Shown: one piece after another, positions 35,642 to 47,871 of the stretch
How the letters are laid out: every line of letters begins with the position of its first letter
How positions within the stretch are numbered: position 1 is the stretch's first letter
Source: Tetramitus jugosus
Taxonomy: Eukaryota > Protista > Heterolobosea
DNA length: 64,000 nt
NCBI GenBank assembly: GCA_937625935.1
Contig: OW569368.1
Span: 372,001-436,000 of the forward strand
Direction of reading: 5' to 3'
Program-made: the position numbers and the translations under genes
Notes under the pieces: generated by a model
What the model was told of the DNA's origin: nothing
Database searches by the model: none
What the model saw: the letters and a program-made list of their open reading frames with translations, nothing else

Positions 35642-37747
35642 ATGTCAATCACAACAACCGTCACCACTCCAACAACAACCACAACCACAACCACAACCGC
35701 GAATATGACATCCAAAAATGATGCATCGACGTTGTCTCCAACTGCCATTGTTGACACTACTCACAATAACAACAACAAAAATAATGATAACGAATCCTTA
35801 GATTCTTACAATCAAAAACAACGGCAACAACAAATTGACAATGTTGAAACAACAACCATTGTTTCGTCACCAGTTGGACATGATATCCACCACCACAACG
35901 ACAACAACATGAAGGAAGAAGAAGAGAAAACTACATCTTCCATGGTATTGTACAGTGAACTATTGTTGCCCCATGGCCCATCATCCTCTTCCAGCCTATC
36001 CAAGCAGAGCTTAACACACTCGGACGACACGAATCAAGGAGTCGACAATAACGGAGAAAATGAAAATATCCGCAGTAGCTTGAATGACACTGGAGCGAAT
36101 ACCCCTACACCACAGCGGCGGTTGAGCAAAATTTTGTTGATCGTGTTCTCATTCTTCCCGTTGGCCATGACAAGTGCCTTCACATTTAGCTTGACCATTC
36201 TGTTGCCCATGCAACTCGTCACCATTGTTGGCGACACACACAAGACACTGTCTCTTGGTATTATTGGCGCCATTCGGGCTCTCGCGGCATCTTTTGCCGG
36301 ATTGGGCGTTGGTTATGCCTCGGACCATCTACGGACTCGTTTCGGACGGAGAATTCCATTTATCGTTTTGGGAACGGTTGTGAATTCGGTGTTTTTACTG
36401 TTGAGAGTGTTTCTGAACAAGTCGGGAACGGGAATTCTGGTCATGAATGCCTCTGTGCTCATATTTGGTGATATGGCAGGTCAGATGGCAATGACTTGTT
36501 ACATGAGTTTGTTTAAGGACTTGTTTCATCATGACCAGATGGGACTATTGTCTGGATTGAACTCGTTTGTACAATTGTTGGCTTCTGCTATCGGTATAAG
36601 TCTCCTGGGATTCCTCTATGAGACATATGTGACCGGTATCGTGTTAATGAGCATTGTGTGTGGATGGATGCTATTGCACGCCATAGTTTTGGCTATCGTG
36701 TTCAGAGAACCAGATGATCACTATTGCTCGACGATTGCATGGGGCGATTCTGTACCAGCAGCACTCGTACAACCTGAGCTGGAAGGTTTGGATCACGCAG
36801 GAACAGATCTCGATCTAGCAAGCACAGTTGCTGAAGATGCCATCGATGAAAAGTATTTTGACCCTCGACCAAAGTCCAGGACTGAACGTTTGGTGCATGC
36901 ATGGGAAATTGTGCACAAAAAGTTAGAGATTTATGTGCATGCTTTCAAGAGTCTCGTTTTGGATATGGTCTCTTGTTTCAAGTCGTGGAACTTTGTGTGG
37001 CTGTTTTTGACTCGATGTCTTTTCACTTTAGCAGTGGGTGTGATACAGACAATTGGTCTCTACTACTTTAGAGACAAGGTCGGACCGACATATTCTCTTT
37101 TCGGAAACACGAGTCTGATTGCTGATGCACAACAAGCTCTTGCTGTATTTATGCTCATTCTTCTATTGTCCGGTCTGATATCATCCATATTTGGTGGTGT
37201 TCTTAGTGACAAGTTGGGTCGGAGGCCAGTCATTGTTCTAAGCTGCTTGATCTGTGGTGTTGGTATTGGTGTGCTCGGAATTTATTCACAATCTCTCGAG
37301 TTGATTTTGGTCTGTGGTTCTTTGGGTGGATTAGGTGTTGGTGCCTTTATGGCAGCTGATTTGAGTCTTGCCAACGACATTATCGATCCAGATTCATCAG
37401 CAAAAGAGTTGGCAACTTTTCAGATGGCTCAAGCTTTCCCTTTGATTCTGAGTGGTCCCATGTGCAGTCTCGTTACACAATTTTCGCAAAGAGTTCTGCC
37501 AAGCGAAGTACTGGGAACAACACTGGTAGAGTACAACATTATGCTTCTCTTGTGTTCCCTGATGGTTTTCATCTCGGGACTTGGCATTTGGATGTTTATT
37601 CGCCTTCCAAAAGCATCATCTACGGCTGACGTTGTCGACGAGATACAGCTGGATGATAGGCCAATCGATGCCAAAGCAAACGAAGAAGCAAGTGAGGAAG
37701 AACAATCGGCCAATATTCCACCCACAGAATCTGTCACGGTGCGCTGA
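35642..37747 (+). CDS. Major facilitator superfamily transporter (12 TM)
   Basis: Motif A twice (GYASDHLRTRFGRRIPF and GVLSDKLGRRPV); two 6-TM bundles; low-complexity N-terminus. Confidence 0.9.
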   Translation: MSITTTVTTPTTTTTTTTTANMTSKNDASTLSPTAIVDTTHNNNNKNNDNESLDSYNQKQRQQQIDNVETTTIVSSPVGHDIHHHNDNNMKEEEEKTTSSMVLYSELLLPHGPSSSSSLSKQSLTHSDDTNQGVDNNGENENIRSSLNDTGANTPTPQRRLSKILLIVFSFFPLAMTSAFTFSLTILLPMQLVTIVGDTHKTLSLGIIGAIRALAASFAGLGVGYASDHLRTRFGRRIPFIVLGTVVNSVFLLLRVFLNKSGTGILVMNASVLIFGDMAGQMAMTCYMSLFKDLFHHDQMGLLSGLNSFVQLLASAIGISLLGFLYETYVTGIVLMSIVCGWMLLHAIVLAIVFREPDDHYCSTIAWGDSVPAALVQPELEGLDHAGTDLDLASTVAEDAIDEKYFDPRPKSRTERLVHAWEIVHKKLEIYVHAFKSLVLDMVSCFKSWNFVWLFLTRCLFTLAVGVIQTIGLYYFRDKVGPTYSLFGNTSLIADAQQALAVFMLILLLSGLISSIFGGVLSDKLGRRPVIVLSCLICGVGIGVLGIYSQSLELILVCGSLGGLGVGAFMAADLSLANDIIDPDSSAKELATFQMAQAFPLILSGPMCSLVTQFSQRVLPSEVLGTTLVEYNIMLLLCSLMVFISGLGIWMFIRLPKASSTADVVDEIQLDDRPIDAKANEEASEEEQSANIPPTESVTVR

Positions 37748-37900
37748 GGTATTTCAGAGGGTCAATAAAAGAACAAATCTCCCCGATCTATTGAATCCGC
37801 GCTGTATTTTGTTTGCGGAGATTTTCTATGGACAATTTTTTGGCAAAGTAATACCGCAAAAATCCCGAAGAGCAACGAACAGTTCAAAAAAAAAAGAAAG

Positions 37901-40900
37901 ATGAGTGATCACACCTCACAGCCCATGAAACAATCTTTTGGACTCTTGGCCAACATCATTGGCGGCGACAATTTCTCCTTTGGTTCACGAGAGGCCTCTC
38001 CACGATCCATCAACTGTTCCACTGTTGACAAAACGCCATTGTCAACAACAACGCCTGGAATCACAACAACGACAAACATTGAACTAGAACATAGCAACAT
38101 GCTCAAGCTATTGAAGGCTGATGGTTTTGAAGTGCAAGAACAGCTGCTTCGAACACCCACTTCGATCATTGTCAGAGCTACACTGACTGCCGCGGCAGAC
38201 AATAACAACAATCAACTCTATCAACAATTGATGATGACAACGAACAATAAAGAGAAAAAAAACAACACCAATAGCATTGACAAGTGCAATGTTCATCAAC
38301 AACCAACAGTCATGATCAAATTTCATGCACTTGAAAAACCAACGACTGCACACGTTACAAAATATTTGAAGGATTTTGAAATTGGACGAAAATTGTCTCA
38401 TCAAACAAATCCTGACCACAGCAACACGAATGGTATGAAGATTGTTGATGAATCGCATCACATTATACAGTATTATCAACTTGCAAAGTATGGTCATTGC
38501 ATGGCCATTGTCATGGAAGATTTTAATGCCATAGGATTGGATGAATATATGAAACGACGGCAGCAACAAAAACAACAACAACAACCATTCAATCATACAA
38601 TTAATAACGTTAAGAATCAAATCAATAACAAGAATCATCATCATCATCATCGTTATCGGTCACATGAAGTGACGGAAAACAATGATCAGACTCTATCGAA
38701 TTTGATTGATATTGCAATTCAGTTGACAAGAGGATTATCGACTGTACATCAACATGGTATCATACATGGGGGATTATCATCGACAAATGTCTTGATATCG
38801 AGTAATACATCTGAGGATGGCCATTCGAGTGACAAGGTCATTGTGAAAATTTCGGATTTTGGCTATAGTTCCGAACTGACAAAGGAACATGTGTCGCTCG
38901 CTTATTTTGAATCGTTGAAGGCCAGTTTAGCGTATATATCACCGGAGCAAACAGGACGAATGAATCGAGATGTTGATTGTCGATCTGATCTCTATTCGTT
39001 GGGTGTAATTCTGTACGAGTTGTTCACGGGACGATTGCCATTTACTTCGAATGACCCTCTAGATCTCATTTATTCTCACATGGCAGTGAAACCGGTGCCC
39101 ATGCATGATTTACTTCCAGGTGACAAAATACCCGTTCCATTGTCGAACATTGTAATGCGGTTGCTCGAGAAGAATTCTGAAGATCGGTACCAGTCAGCAT
39201 TTGGCGTAGAGAATGACTTGAGGCATTGTCTCGATCTGTTAAACAATAGTGGAAAGATTGAGAGTTTTAAGTTGGCTCAAAAGGACGTGTCATCCCATTT
39301 TCATGTCCATCAGGAGTTGTATGGACGGGAGGGTGAGGTTCGGAGATTACAAAGTGCATTTGGTCAAGTATGCGATGGGAGAGTATCGAACATGATGGTA
39401 CTTGTGCGTGGGTATTCAGGAATAGGTATGTAATTAATTTGTCATTGTTGTTGCTATTGTTTTTCATATTCTCATCCATTCCGTTTGCATTGTGATCTTC
39501 CATGACAGGTAAAACTAGGTTGATTAACGAGGTTCATAAACCACTGACGAGACACAGAGGATATTTTATCAGCGGAAAGTTTGATCAGTTCAAGAAAAAT
39601 ATTCCATATGCTTCGTTTATTCAAGCGTTTCAACAATTGGTGTTCCAGTTATTGACTGAGTCTGAATCGCGGATTGAATATTGGAGGAGAAAATTATTGG
39701 ATGCATTGTCAGGGAAGGGACAGGTCATTATTGATGTTATACCTCATGTTGAGCACATCATTGGCCCCCAAACTGCAGTACCGGAGATGGGAGCAATTGA
39801 GACACAAAATCGGTTTAATGCTGTTTTTCAAAGTTTTATACGCGTGTTTGCCGATAGGAATCATCCATTGGTTATTTTCCTGGATGATTTACAATGGGCA
39901 GATACAGCATCCAATAGCATGATAGAATTGCTAATGACTGAGCCAGAGAACGAGTTCCTGCTTTTAATTGGTGCCTATCGGGATAACGAAGTTAATGAAT
40001 CTCATCCTTTAACTCATCTACTTGGAAGAATCGAAGCAAAAAGGTCCATTGAGGATATTGTGTTAGGTCCATTGCAGTTGGAGGACGTGAATCAAATGAT
40101 TTCGAATACGCTCTGTTGTCTACCTGAACATAGTTTATCTCTTGCTCAAATCATAATGCAAAAGACAAAAGGAAATCCATTTTTTGTAATTCAAATGCTC
40201 TTAGAGTTAGCCAATAAGAAACTAATAGAATTCAATTTTGATCTAGGAGAGTGGACATGGAATATGTTGAAGATTGAACAGTTGGACATCTCACCTAATG
40301 TTGTAGATATGATGACAAGTCGAATTCAGCAACTTCCAAAAGACACTCAAAGCATTCTTGCTATTGCAGCAAGTATTGGGAATGTGTTTACCTTACGATT
40401 ATTGGCCCTAGTTTACGGGTCATCAGTCGCACACACATACAGTTTGTTGTGGCATGCGATAAAAAGCGAATTAATGATTCAACTCGGAAATGAATTTAAA
40501 TGGAATTGGTCTAGTGCTTACAAAGAAAACATCGATGAGATTATCATTGACTATGAATTCAAATTTTTGCATGATAAGGTACAACAGGCTGCTTATCAAT
40601 TGGAGGACAAAGAGCATCAAATGAAAATTCACCTGAGAATAGCACGATTACTGCTTCAAAACACTCAAAAGGCAGAATTGGATGAAAAATTGTTCGATAT
40701 CATCGGGCAGTACAGATTTGCCAGTGGATTACTGACCAATCCTGAAGAAAAAGATCAGTTAATACAATTAACGATACAGGGAGCTCAGAAAGCAAAGTTA
40801 TCTGCTGCATATGAAACCGCTTGTAGTTATTTGTGTTTAGGAGAAAGTTTATTACCTGAGAATCCATGGGAGAATTATTATGAGGATGCTTTCAGGTTGT

Positions 40901-43900
40901 ATAAACTGCTGGCGGAATGTGAATATCTGCAGTTCAATTTTTCCAGAGCAGAAGCGCTATACAAGTTACTTGTTGATCATGCAAAAACTGATCTAGAAAA
41001 GATATCAGTATATTTTATTCAAGCTAATCAGTATGAAACTGAAATGAGATTTGACGATGTTGTGAAAACAATGCTCCACTGTCTGACAATGCTTGGTATT
41101 ACATTTCCAGATGACAAGGAGCAGTTGTCACAAATGCTGAAAGAAGAGTTAGCTGAAGTTCGTGTGAACTTAGGTGATAGATCAATTGAATCTTTGATAG
41201 ATCAACCACTAATGACTGACACAGCGCACAAATCTGCGATTCATATCATGATTAATATGTGGACGTCATGTTATGCCATTGGACAGCGCGATTTACTGGT
41301 AACCTTAACTATTAAGATGTGTAATTTTTGTCTCAAGCATGGCCAATGTGAGGTGACCGGAGCAGCTTACGTCTTTTACTCCTTTGTTATCGGATTTTTG
41401 ATTAATGATTACACACATGCACTCGCTTTTGGAAACTTAGGTATCGAGATGTCACATCTCTATGACTCCTTACAGCCTCTATCGAGAGCGTACTTTATCT
41501 ACGGATGTGGTACTTCAGTATGGAAGCGCAGTCTCAAGGAATGCATTCCATACCTCCAAAAATGCTTCGAGACTTGTTTCGATGCTGGAGATTTGGCAAT
41601 ATCAGGACATACGGCTCAGTATATTGGATCTTACTACTTTTTTTCTGGTTATGATTTAGCTGCTGTGGCTCGAGTTCACGACAAGTATTTGAAAAATTAT
41701 CTGAAGAAGGCTAATTATTGGTTGTATACATTTTCAATGTTTTCTACAACTCTTTATCGTTTCTTGATTGGGGATGAGTCATATTCCGAGGATGATGAAG
41801 TGAAGGAACACAAGGAGCCTGTACTACTTGCGGCCTATTATTTTGGAAAAGTTCAGAAAAGTTATTGGATGAAAGATACAGAAAATTGGCTCAGTTATGT
41901 CGAGGCCGGCTATCAATTGTGCGAAGACGGATTATATGGTATATTCTTGTTGGTGGAAATGAATTTTCATGCTTGTTTGATATATCTAGCGAGCATGAAG
42001 ACCTTCAATGAAGATGAGAAGTTATTGTACATGAAGAAAATCGAGATGATGCTTGATAAATTAAGAAATTGGGCACAAAATTGCCCTGAAAATGTTCTTC
42101 ACAAGGTATACATTGTGGAGGCTGAATTGGCTCGTTATTATGGGAAGCATATGAAGGCGACTGACTTTTATGAGCTAGCAATTGAAAGTGCTCAAAGCGC
42201 AGGGTTCACTCAATATGAAGCACTCGCTAATGAGTTGTGTGCAGAAATGTTGTTTGCGAGAGGAAAATCTCGTTATGCAAAAACACATATTCTAGATGCT
42301 CTTTACCTTTATCAGAGATACGGAGCGAATGCCAGAGTAGACCTCCTGCGAAGACAATACTCATCTCTCCTAGTAGGCTCACCAGAGTTCGATATCAACA
42401 GTGAAATACCGGAATATCCAGATTCTCAAATTGATTTGATTACGTTGGTACGTGCATCCAAAGCACTTTCGAGTGAAATGACATTGCAAGAGTTCATGGA
42501 AAATATGATGAATCTTGTGATTACGAACTCTGGTGCCAAGAGAGGAATATTTTTACGTGCAGAACCAGATAACACCTTGCTCGTTCTAGCAGAGAGCAGC
42601 AATGACGAAACACAAGTTGAAGCACTGAGAGCGATACCGCTGGATACGTGGCACAACAGACAGATATCAAAACATATCATTAACTTTGTTTGTAGAACGA
42701 AACAACGAGTTAAAATTGATGACTGTGCGGATGATCATCCATTTATTCAAGACCCTTACTTGCAGGAAACGGATGTCAAGTCCGTCTTGGTTATTCCTAT
42801 CATCAAGCAGAATGATTTTAAAGGAATATTGTACCTTGAAAGTTCTTTGACTAATGCTTTCACGGATAGACAAGTTGAGTTTCTAAGCTCACTGGCATCT
42901 CAAATGATAATTCAATTGGAAAATGCGAAGTTTGCTGACGTACTGGAAAGTGAAAAACGATATCGCGCACTGGCATCAGAACTAGAAATTGTGAAGAAGA
43001 GATTGGAGGAGTTCATTGATGTGTTGTGTCATGAGTTAAGAAATCCTTTGAACGGACTCTTCGGAAGCAAAATGGCAATGATGGACTTGTTAGAGAAAAC
43101 GAGTCACTTTTTTGCAGAGACCAATTTCGAAGTCCAACCAGACGAAGAGTCCAAAAAACAACAAATTAGAGAATACTTGCACGAGTTTGAAGAGCTGGTA
43201 ACTGAGTTTACCATCTGCTCTGACCATTTATATGACATCGTGAATACGGTGCTCACATTATCCGTGCTTGAAAATCGTGGGGTGAAATTGCAGTGCGTTC
43301 CTTTCAACGTGAAGGAAACAGTTGAGCAGGTAGCGATTATGCATCGAGCGAAACTGTCAATGAAGAATCTGAAGCTAATGGTTAACTATGTAGGTGATGA
43401 TCTCGTTGTTTTCGGTGATCCATATCGTCTCAAAGAGATTTTGATCAATCTTGTGAGCAACGCTGTGAAATTCACTGACGATGGATATATCAAGATTAGT
43501 TGTACTTGTGTATCCAGGAACGAAACATGTACTACATATGACTTTGAAGTGGAGGATAGCGGTATTGGGTTGACTCCAGAAGAAAAAACCAAGTTGTTCA
43601 AAGCATTCAGTCAAGCAAACTCGGAGACATATTGGAAGTACGGCGGAGCAGGTTAGTTTCTCATTGTTTTTAATGTATCGTTCCTTGATCATATCGCTAA
43701 TATCATTGTGTTCATTACTTATAGGTTTGGGCCTGAAAATCACTGCCGACATTATTGAATTGATGGGTAGCTCCATCTCACTCGACAGCAAAAAGGACGA
43801 AGGAAGCAGATTCACCTTTACGCTTACTTTCTTGAATCAGCCTCCTCAGATTGAGGATACAACGACGGAAGGAGGTCAATTGGATAATTTTGCACCTGAG

Positions 43901-44359
43901 AGAGTGCCAACACCGGCAGTTGATGGTGCACACAATAATTGTCAGAGCACCAGCAACATGAAACCTCATATCCTCATCGCTGAAGATAATATGATCAATT
44001 CCAAGCTGTTGCGGGGTTTATTATCGAAAGCCGGATACACCTGTGAGACTGCAGCAAATGGTCGAGAGGCAGTTGATAGGTATACAGAACCAGATGGCGC
44101 GCCAATTGATTGTATATTGATGGATCTGGAGATGCCTACAATGGGTGGAATTGAAGCAACAAACAAGATTCGAGCCATTGAAGAAGAGAACAATTTTTCT
44201 CCTGTGGTTATCATTGGTGTGAGTGCCAACGCCCGGGATAAAGCAGTGGAAAATGCTTTAAACAATGGAATGCAAGGATTTGTAACAAAACCATACCATC
44301 CGAAGGATATATTTGCTGCCATTGACAAGTTCTTTCCATCCGAGACATTTCGGAACTAG
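37901..44359 (+). CDS. Giant hybrid kinase: Ser/Thr (pseudo)kinase - STAND/AAA ATPase - helical region - GAF - HisKA - HATPase - REC (introns 39426-39508 and 43652-43724)
   Basis: DFG and YISPEQTGRMNR; spliced Walker A GYSGI|GKT; Walker B FLDDLQWAD; GNPFF; HDKVQQAAY; GAF; CHELRNPLN; NAVKFT; spliced GGA|GLGL; REC LMDLEMP. Confidence 0.92.
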
Positions 44360-44400
44360 ATTCAGTTCCAATAAATAGTAATACATTGGTCGAGCAGACC

Positions 44401-45588
44401 CTAAACAGAACAGAGATGTTTTTCATCTATTCCTGTGTAAATCAGACCTCTTTCTGCTAAATCATTCAAAGCAAGAAGAATGTCATCACGTAAGAATTTG
44501 GGCATCAACTTTCGGATCAAAAGATCGACATGCAACCCATCTTCAAATCCTGTTCGTTTGATGCTGTCCAATATATCTCTTTGTAGTTCGCTGCTAACCA
44601 AAGCACTGTCCTTTTTCAACCAATCATCATCAGATAAGATCAGTTGCGGCTTGTAAGTAATATGAGAGTGGTCGAGGACCTTCTTATTTGGAGACGAATG
44701 AAGGAGATCTACAAGCCCATTATCAGAGATTGACTCTTCATGATCCGACTGATTTTCGTACTTGTCACCCAGCATAAACCCATGAATTCGGTCCAGAGGA
44801 TGATTCGATATTTCATACGAGTGATTCTTTAAGGGAACAATGCAATGTGCATAAACCACACCAGCATTACATGTTTCGATGCACGACTCTCCTCCACTAT
44901 TGTAATTCGATGGGGACCATTGACCATACACTCGCACATGTTCTACAGAGTACTTTCTCACGAATTGATCCGTAAATTGTTGTTCCTGAGCCCAGTATCT
45001 CACCCAAACAGAGTGCCCATTGGCGTCCTCCACCAATAACTGAACTTGTCTGCTGTTATTATCCTTATGATGATCTCCTGAACATTCATTCATCATGTTA
45101 CCTTGTTTTCTTTTCCCACCGTTCATGACAATGTTTGTTTTTCGTCGTCTAGGTGTTGAAGCTTCATTGTCTTCATCTGTTGTTGGTTGTAGTTCAATCG
45201 TCTGCAGAGACAGAGAATCCTGATTCAGTTTTAAAATTTTTCGTTTTTTTTTCGGAGAAGGAACAGTCGCCGCTCCTTCAAAATTTTCTCCTTCCATTGT
45301 CTGATGGACCACTTGTGCTTGATCTTCAAAGTTTTGCTTTGAAGACAATATGCTGTCCTTTGCTAAGCAAGGAACAAGATTCATGTCCACGATCGAACCA
45401 TGAAACACGATGAGCGAGGATGCATAATCATTTGTGCTCAGAGTTGCCAATGAGGAAACAATTCGAAACAAGTGATGCTCAGAAGTCATGAAAGTTCTGC
45501 TTTCGTGTGTGGGTGTGGGGTTGTTTTTTATACTGTCAATATTATAATAAAAATTGTTTGATCCTTGCATCATTTTTCCGTTTTCCAT
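44401..45588 (-). CDS. RPA32(RPA2)-like OB-fold plus C-terminal winged-helix protein, divergent
   Basis: OB strands IVFHGSI, LLVEDANG..V.VRYW, HVRVYGQ and VYAHCIVPL..EISNH. The C-terminal helix region DGLHVD..LNDLAERGLIYTGIDEKH resembles RPA32C. Confidence 0.72.
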   Translation of the reverse strand: MENGKMMQGSNNFYYNIDSIKNNPTPTHESRTFMTSEHHLFRIVSSLATLSTNDYASSLIVFHGSIVDMNLVPCLAKDSILSSKQNFEDQAQVVHQTMEGENFEGAATVPSPKKKRKILKLNQDSLSLQTIELQPTTDEDNEASTPRRRKTNIVMNGGKRKQGNMMNECSGDHHKDNNSRQVQLLVEDANGHSVWVRYWAQEQQFTDQFVRKYSVEHVRVYGQWSPSNYNSGGESCIETCNAGVVYAHCIVPLKNHSYEISNHPLDRIHGFMLGDKYENQSDHEESISDNGLVDLLHSSPNKKVLDHSHITYKPQLILSDDDWLKKDSALVSSELQRDILDSIKRTGFEDGLHVDLLIRKLMPKFLRDDILLALNDLAERGLIYTGIDEKHLCSV

Positions 45589-47742
45589 CTTTTTGGTGCT
45601 TCGTTCCAGAAATTCCAGGAAAATCTGACGTAGGGCAACAATGATTGGTGAATGATGAAGAGTTTTTGCATTCGATTTTTTAGTCTGCGAAGAGATGGTT
45701 GCGGTGCTGTCGGTAGTTTGCAAATGGAAGTGGCACCGCAGAGCGACAAAACGTGTAGAAATGAAAAAAAGTGGTAAACTTCTGCATACTCTTGAACCAC
45801 GGATTCACCAGAAACTCGCAGCTGATTGATGACGATAGTTTTATACTAAATCACTAGCGATATTGTAATCGACAGAAGTCTGTGGAGTGGAATGTTCCTT
45901 GATACGCTTGAGGAAATCATCAAACATTACAGCAGGATTTGTGTCAGTCAATTTGACTGACCAGACTAATGAGTCAAACATCTCTATCATCCTGGTCGCC
46001 TTTTTCCAATGAATCTCCTCAGCTTTTCTCTGGTTCTTTGCTTTCATCAGTCTCTTCTTTGATATTCCTTCCTTTCCATCAAATATATGTTCCTTCAAGC
46101 ATTTGCTCAAAATTTTCTGGAATCGGAGACCAATAGAATGATGTTAAGGGATAATTTTATAGTGGAATGGCTCTTTCTTTGGAATATAAGGGAGAATTCT
46201 TGTCCGTTTACTATTGATATTCATTGTCATCTCTAGACACCAGACAATGCTAGTACATGACAACACTACCGATTGTGACCTGGCAGAATCCGAACTGATC
46301 TATCTTTGGATTAATCAAGCAATTAAAAAACTAGCAGCGGGATTGACAATCCTAAGTCACACAAGGTTGCAAAAAAACATTCACTTGATTTTTGAATTTG
46401 ATAGTCCAGCTTATTTGCATCAGCACAATGAGTATCTCCAAAAAACAGTAAAACAAAAGCAAACTCACACTTGATGAAAAACAAGTGCAATAGGGCTTTT
46501 ATTCTGGAAAGTTTTTTGTCAAATTTTTGGGGCGCTTCAGTTTCTAACTCGTTGAAGCCTGTTATGTGACTCTTATTCGCTCCAATAAATTGAACCTTCG
46601 AATATAAAATGAATGTTTATTCTTGTTGTAATTAGGTGGTAGCAATGACGGAGCCATGGCAGTTGAAGTTGAACTCGAACCAACACTCATAAGACAGCCG
46701 TGATATCTGTTGTAAACATTCAACAAACAAAATAAAACTGACAAAACAACAGGAGGCTTGTCTTGTTTTATTGTGACGAAGAGTATGGTCAATCTTTACA
46801 GAGACGTGCTTTTATACAGCAAGACCACGACCTTGTAGATCATTATTAAACATGTTAATAGGTTTATTAAGATGTGTAGGTCGTTGAACACTGAATTATG
46901 ATACAATCACGCTCTTCTCACTGGTTGTGCTCGTTCTCCAAGTAAGTGTAAGGGTCGATATTTAAGCAGTGCCAGAGATCGCTCCTATGGTCACTCACTG
47001 TGGCTACTTTCTCGCTGCAACCCTCACCAGTTTATCACAATAAAAAATACAATGCGGTTTGTTGGAACCTCCAAAAATTTCTTCTGAATAATTGATGTTG
47101 AATTGAATGATGGAATATGAAATATATTTCGTTAAGAAAGGGAAGATGCTCCAGACTCAATGGGTATGATCACACGAGAGACTGTAAGGATTCTCTGCAC
47201 AGACATCAGGGAAATTCGAGCAGAACAGCAGTTTTTGGAAGAACACGGTGTCACTTCTTTCACTAGAATTGTGCCAGAAACATCGTGCAAACTGAGTAAC
47301 TACCTGAGATTGGGTAGAATTCAGTATGGTGTGTTGACCGGGAGCCACCTATTCTATGGCCCGTTTAGGCCTATTTATCATTGGCTATTTCAAAAATGCA
47401 ACAATCCTTCGTAAATCAACAGTTGAGTCTGTCTTCCATGCATTCGATGTCGCTCAACATTGCTTGATTGCTCATCCAATTGTGATAAATGTTGTGTTTG
47501 TTGACTCGTTTTTTGACTTGATCTTTCACGACCCTTACCCAAATTTGTATTCAAAGCCTTCCCCTCCGACCCGACATCATCTCAAACTCGATTAAAAATT
47601 CTCCATTTTTATTTCCACTGTGTAATTATCCCAGCTTCTTTAGAATTTATTCTTTCGAATTTCTTTTTCTCATAAATTCCATAGAACAAAACAACAATGA
47701 CCTTCTTTCTTTGAAGCTGTAAATATGTTGTAAAATAGTCAC

Positions 47743-47815
47743 AGGCTCCTACGAGACTCGAACTCGTGACCTCTGTCTTACTAGGACAGCGCACTGCCAC
47801 CTGTGCTAAGGAGCC
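47743..47815 (-). tRNA. tRNA-Thr(AGT)
   Basis: GGCTCCT acceptor stem, D-arm TAGCACAGGTGG, anticodon arm CTGTC-CTAGTAA-GACAG, T-loop GTTCGA; 73 nt with a T4 run downstream. Confidence 0.95.
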
Positions 47816-47871
47816 TTGGTAATTGATTCAAGTTCGGAGATAAATGCTTTTTTCATTTGTTGAATCCTTCA

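Noticed and set aside
46827-46884. Imperfect hairpin with nearby GAGCGTGA suggesting U3 snoRNA or a pre-miRNA
   Set aside because: The stem is AT-rich and interrupted, and the U3 boxes A, C and D are not present in order.
45841-47600. Several 60-90 aa ORF fragments
   Set aside because: No recognisable motifs and many stops in all frames; treated as decayed sequence and not annotated individually.
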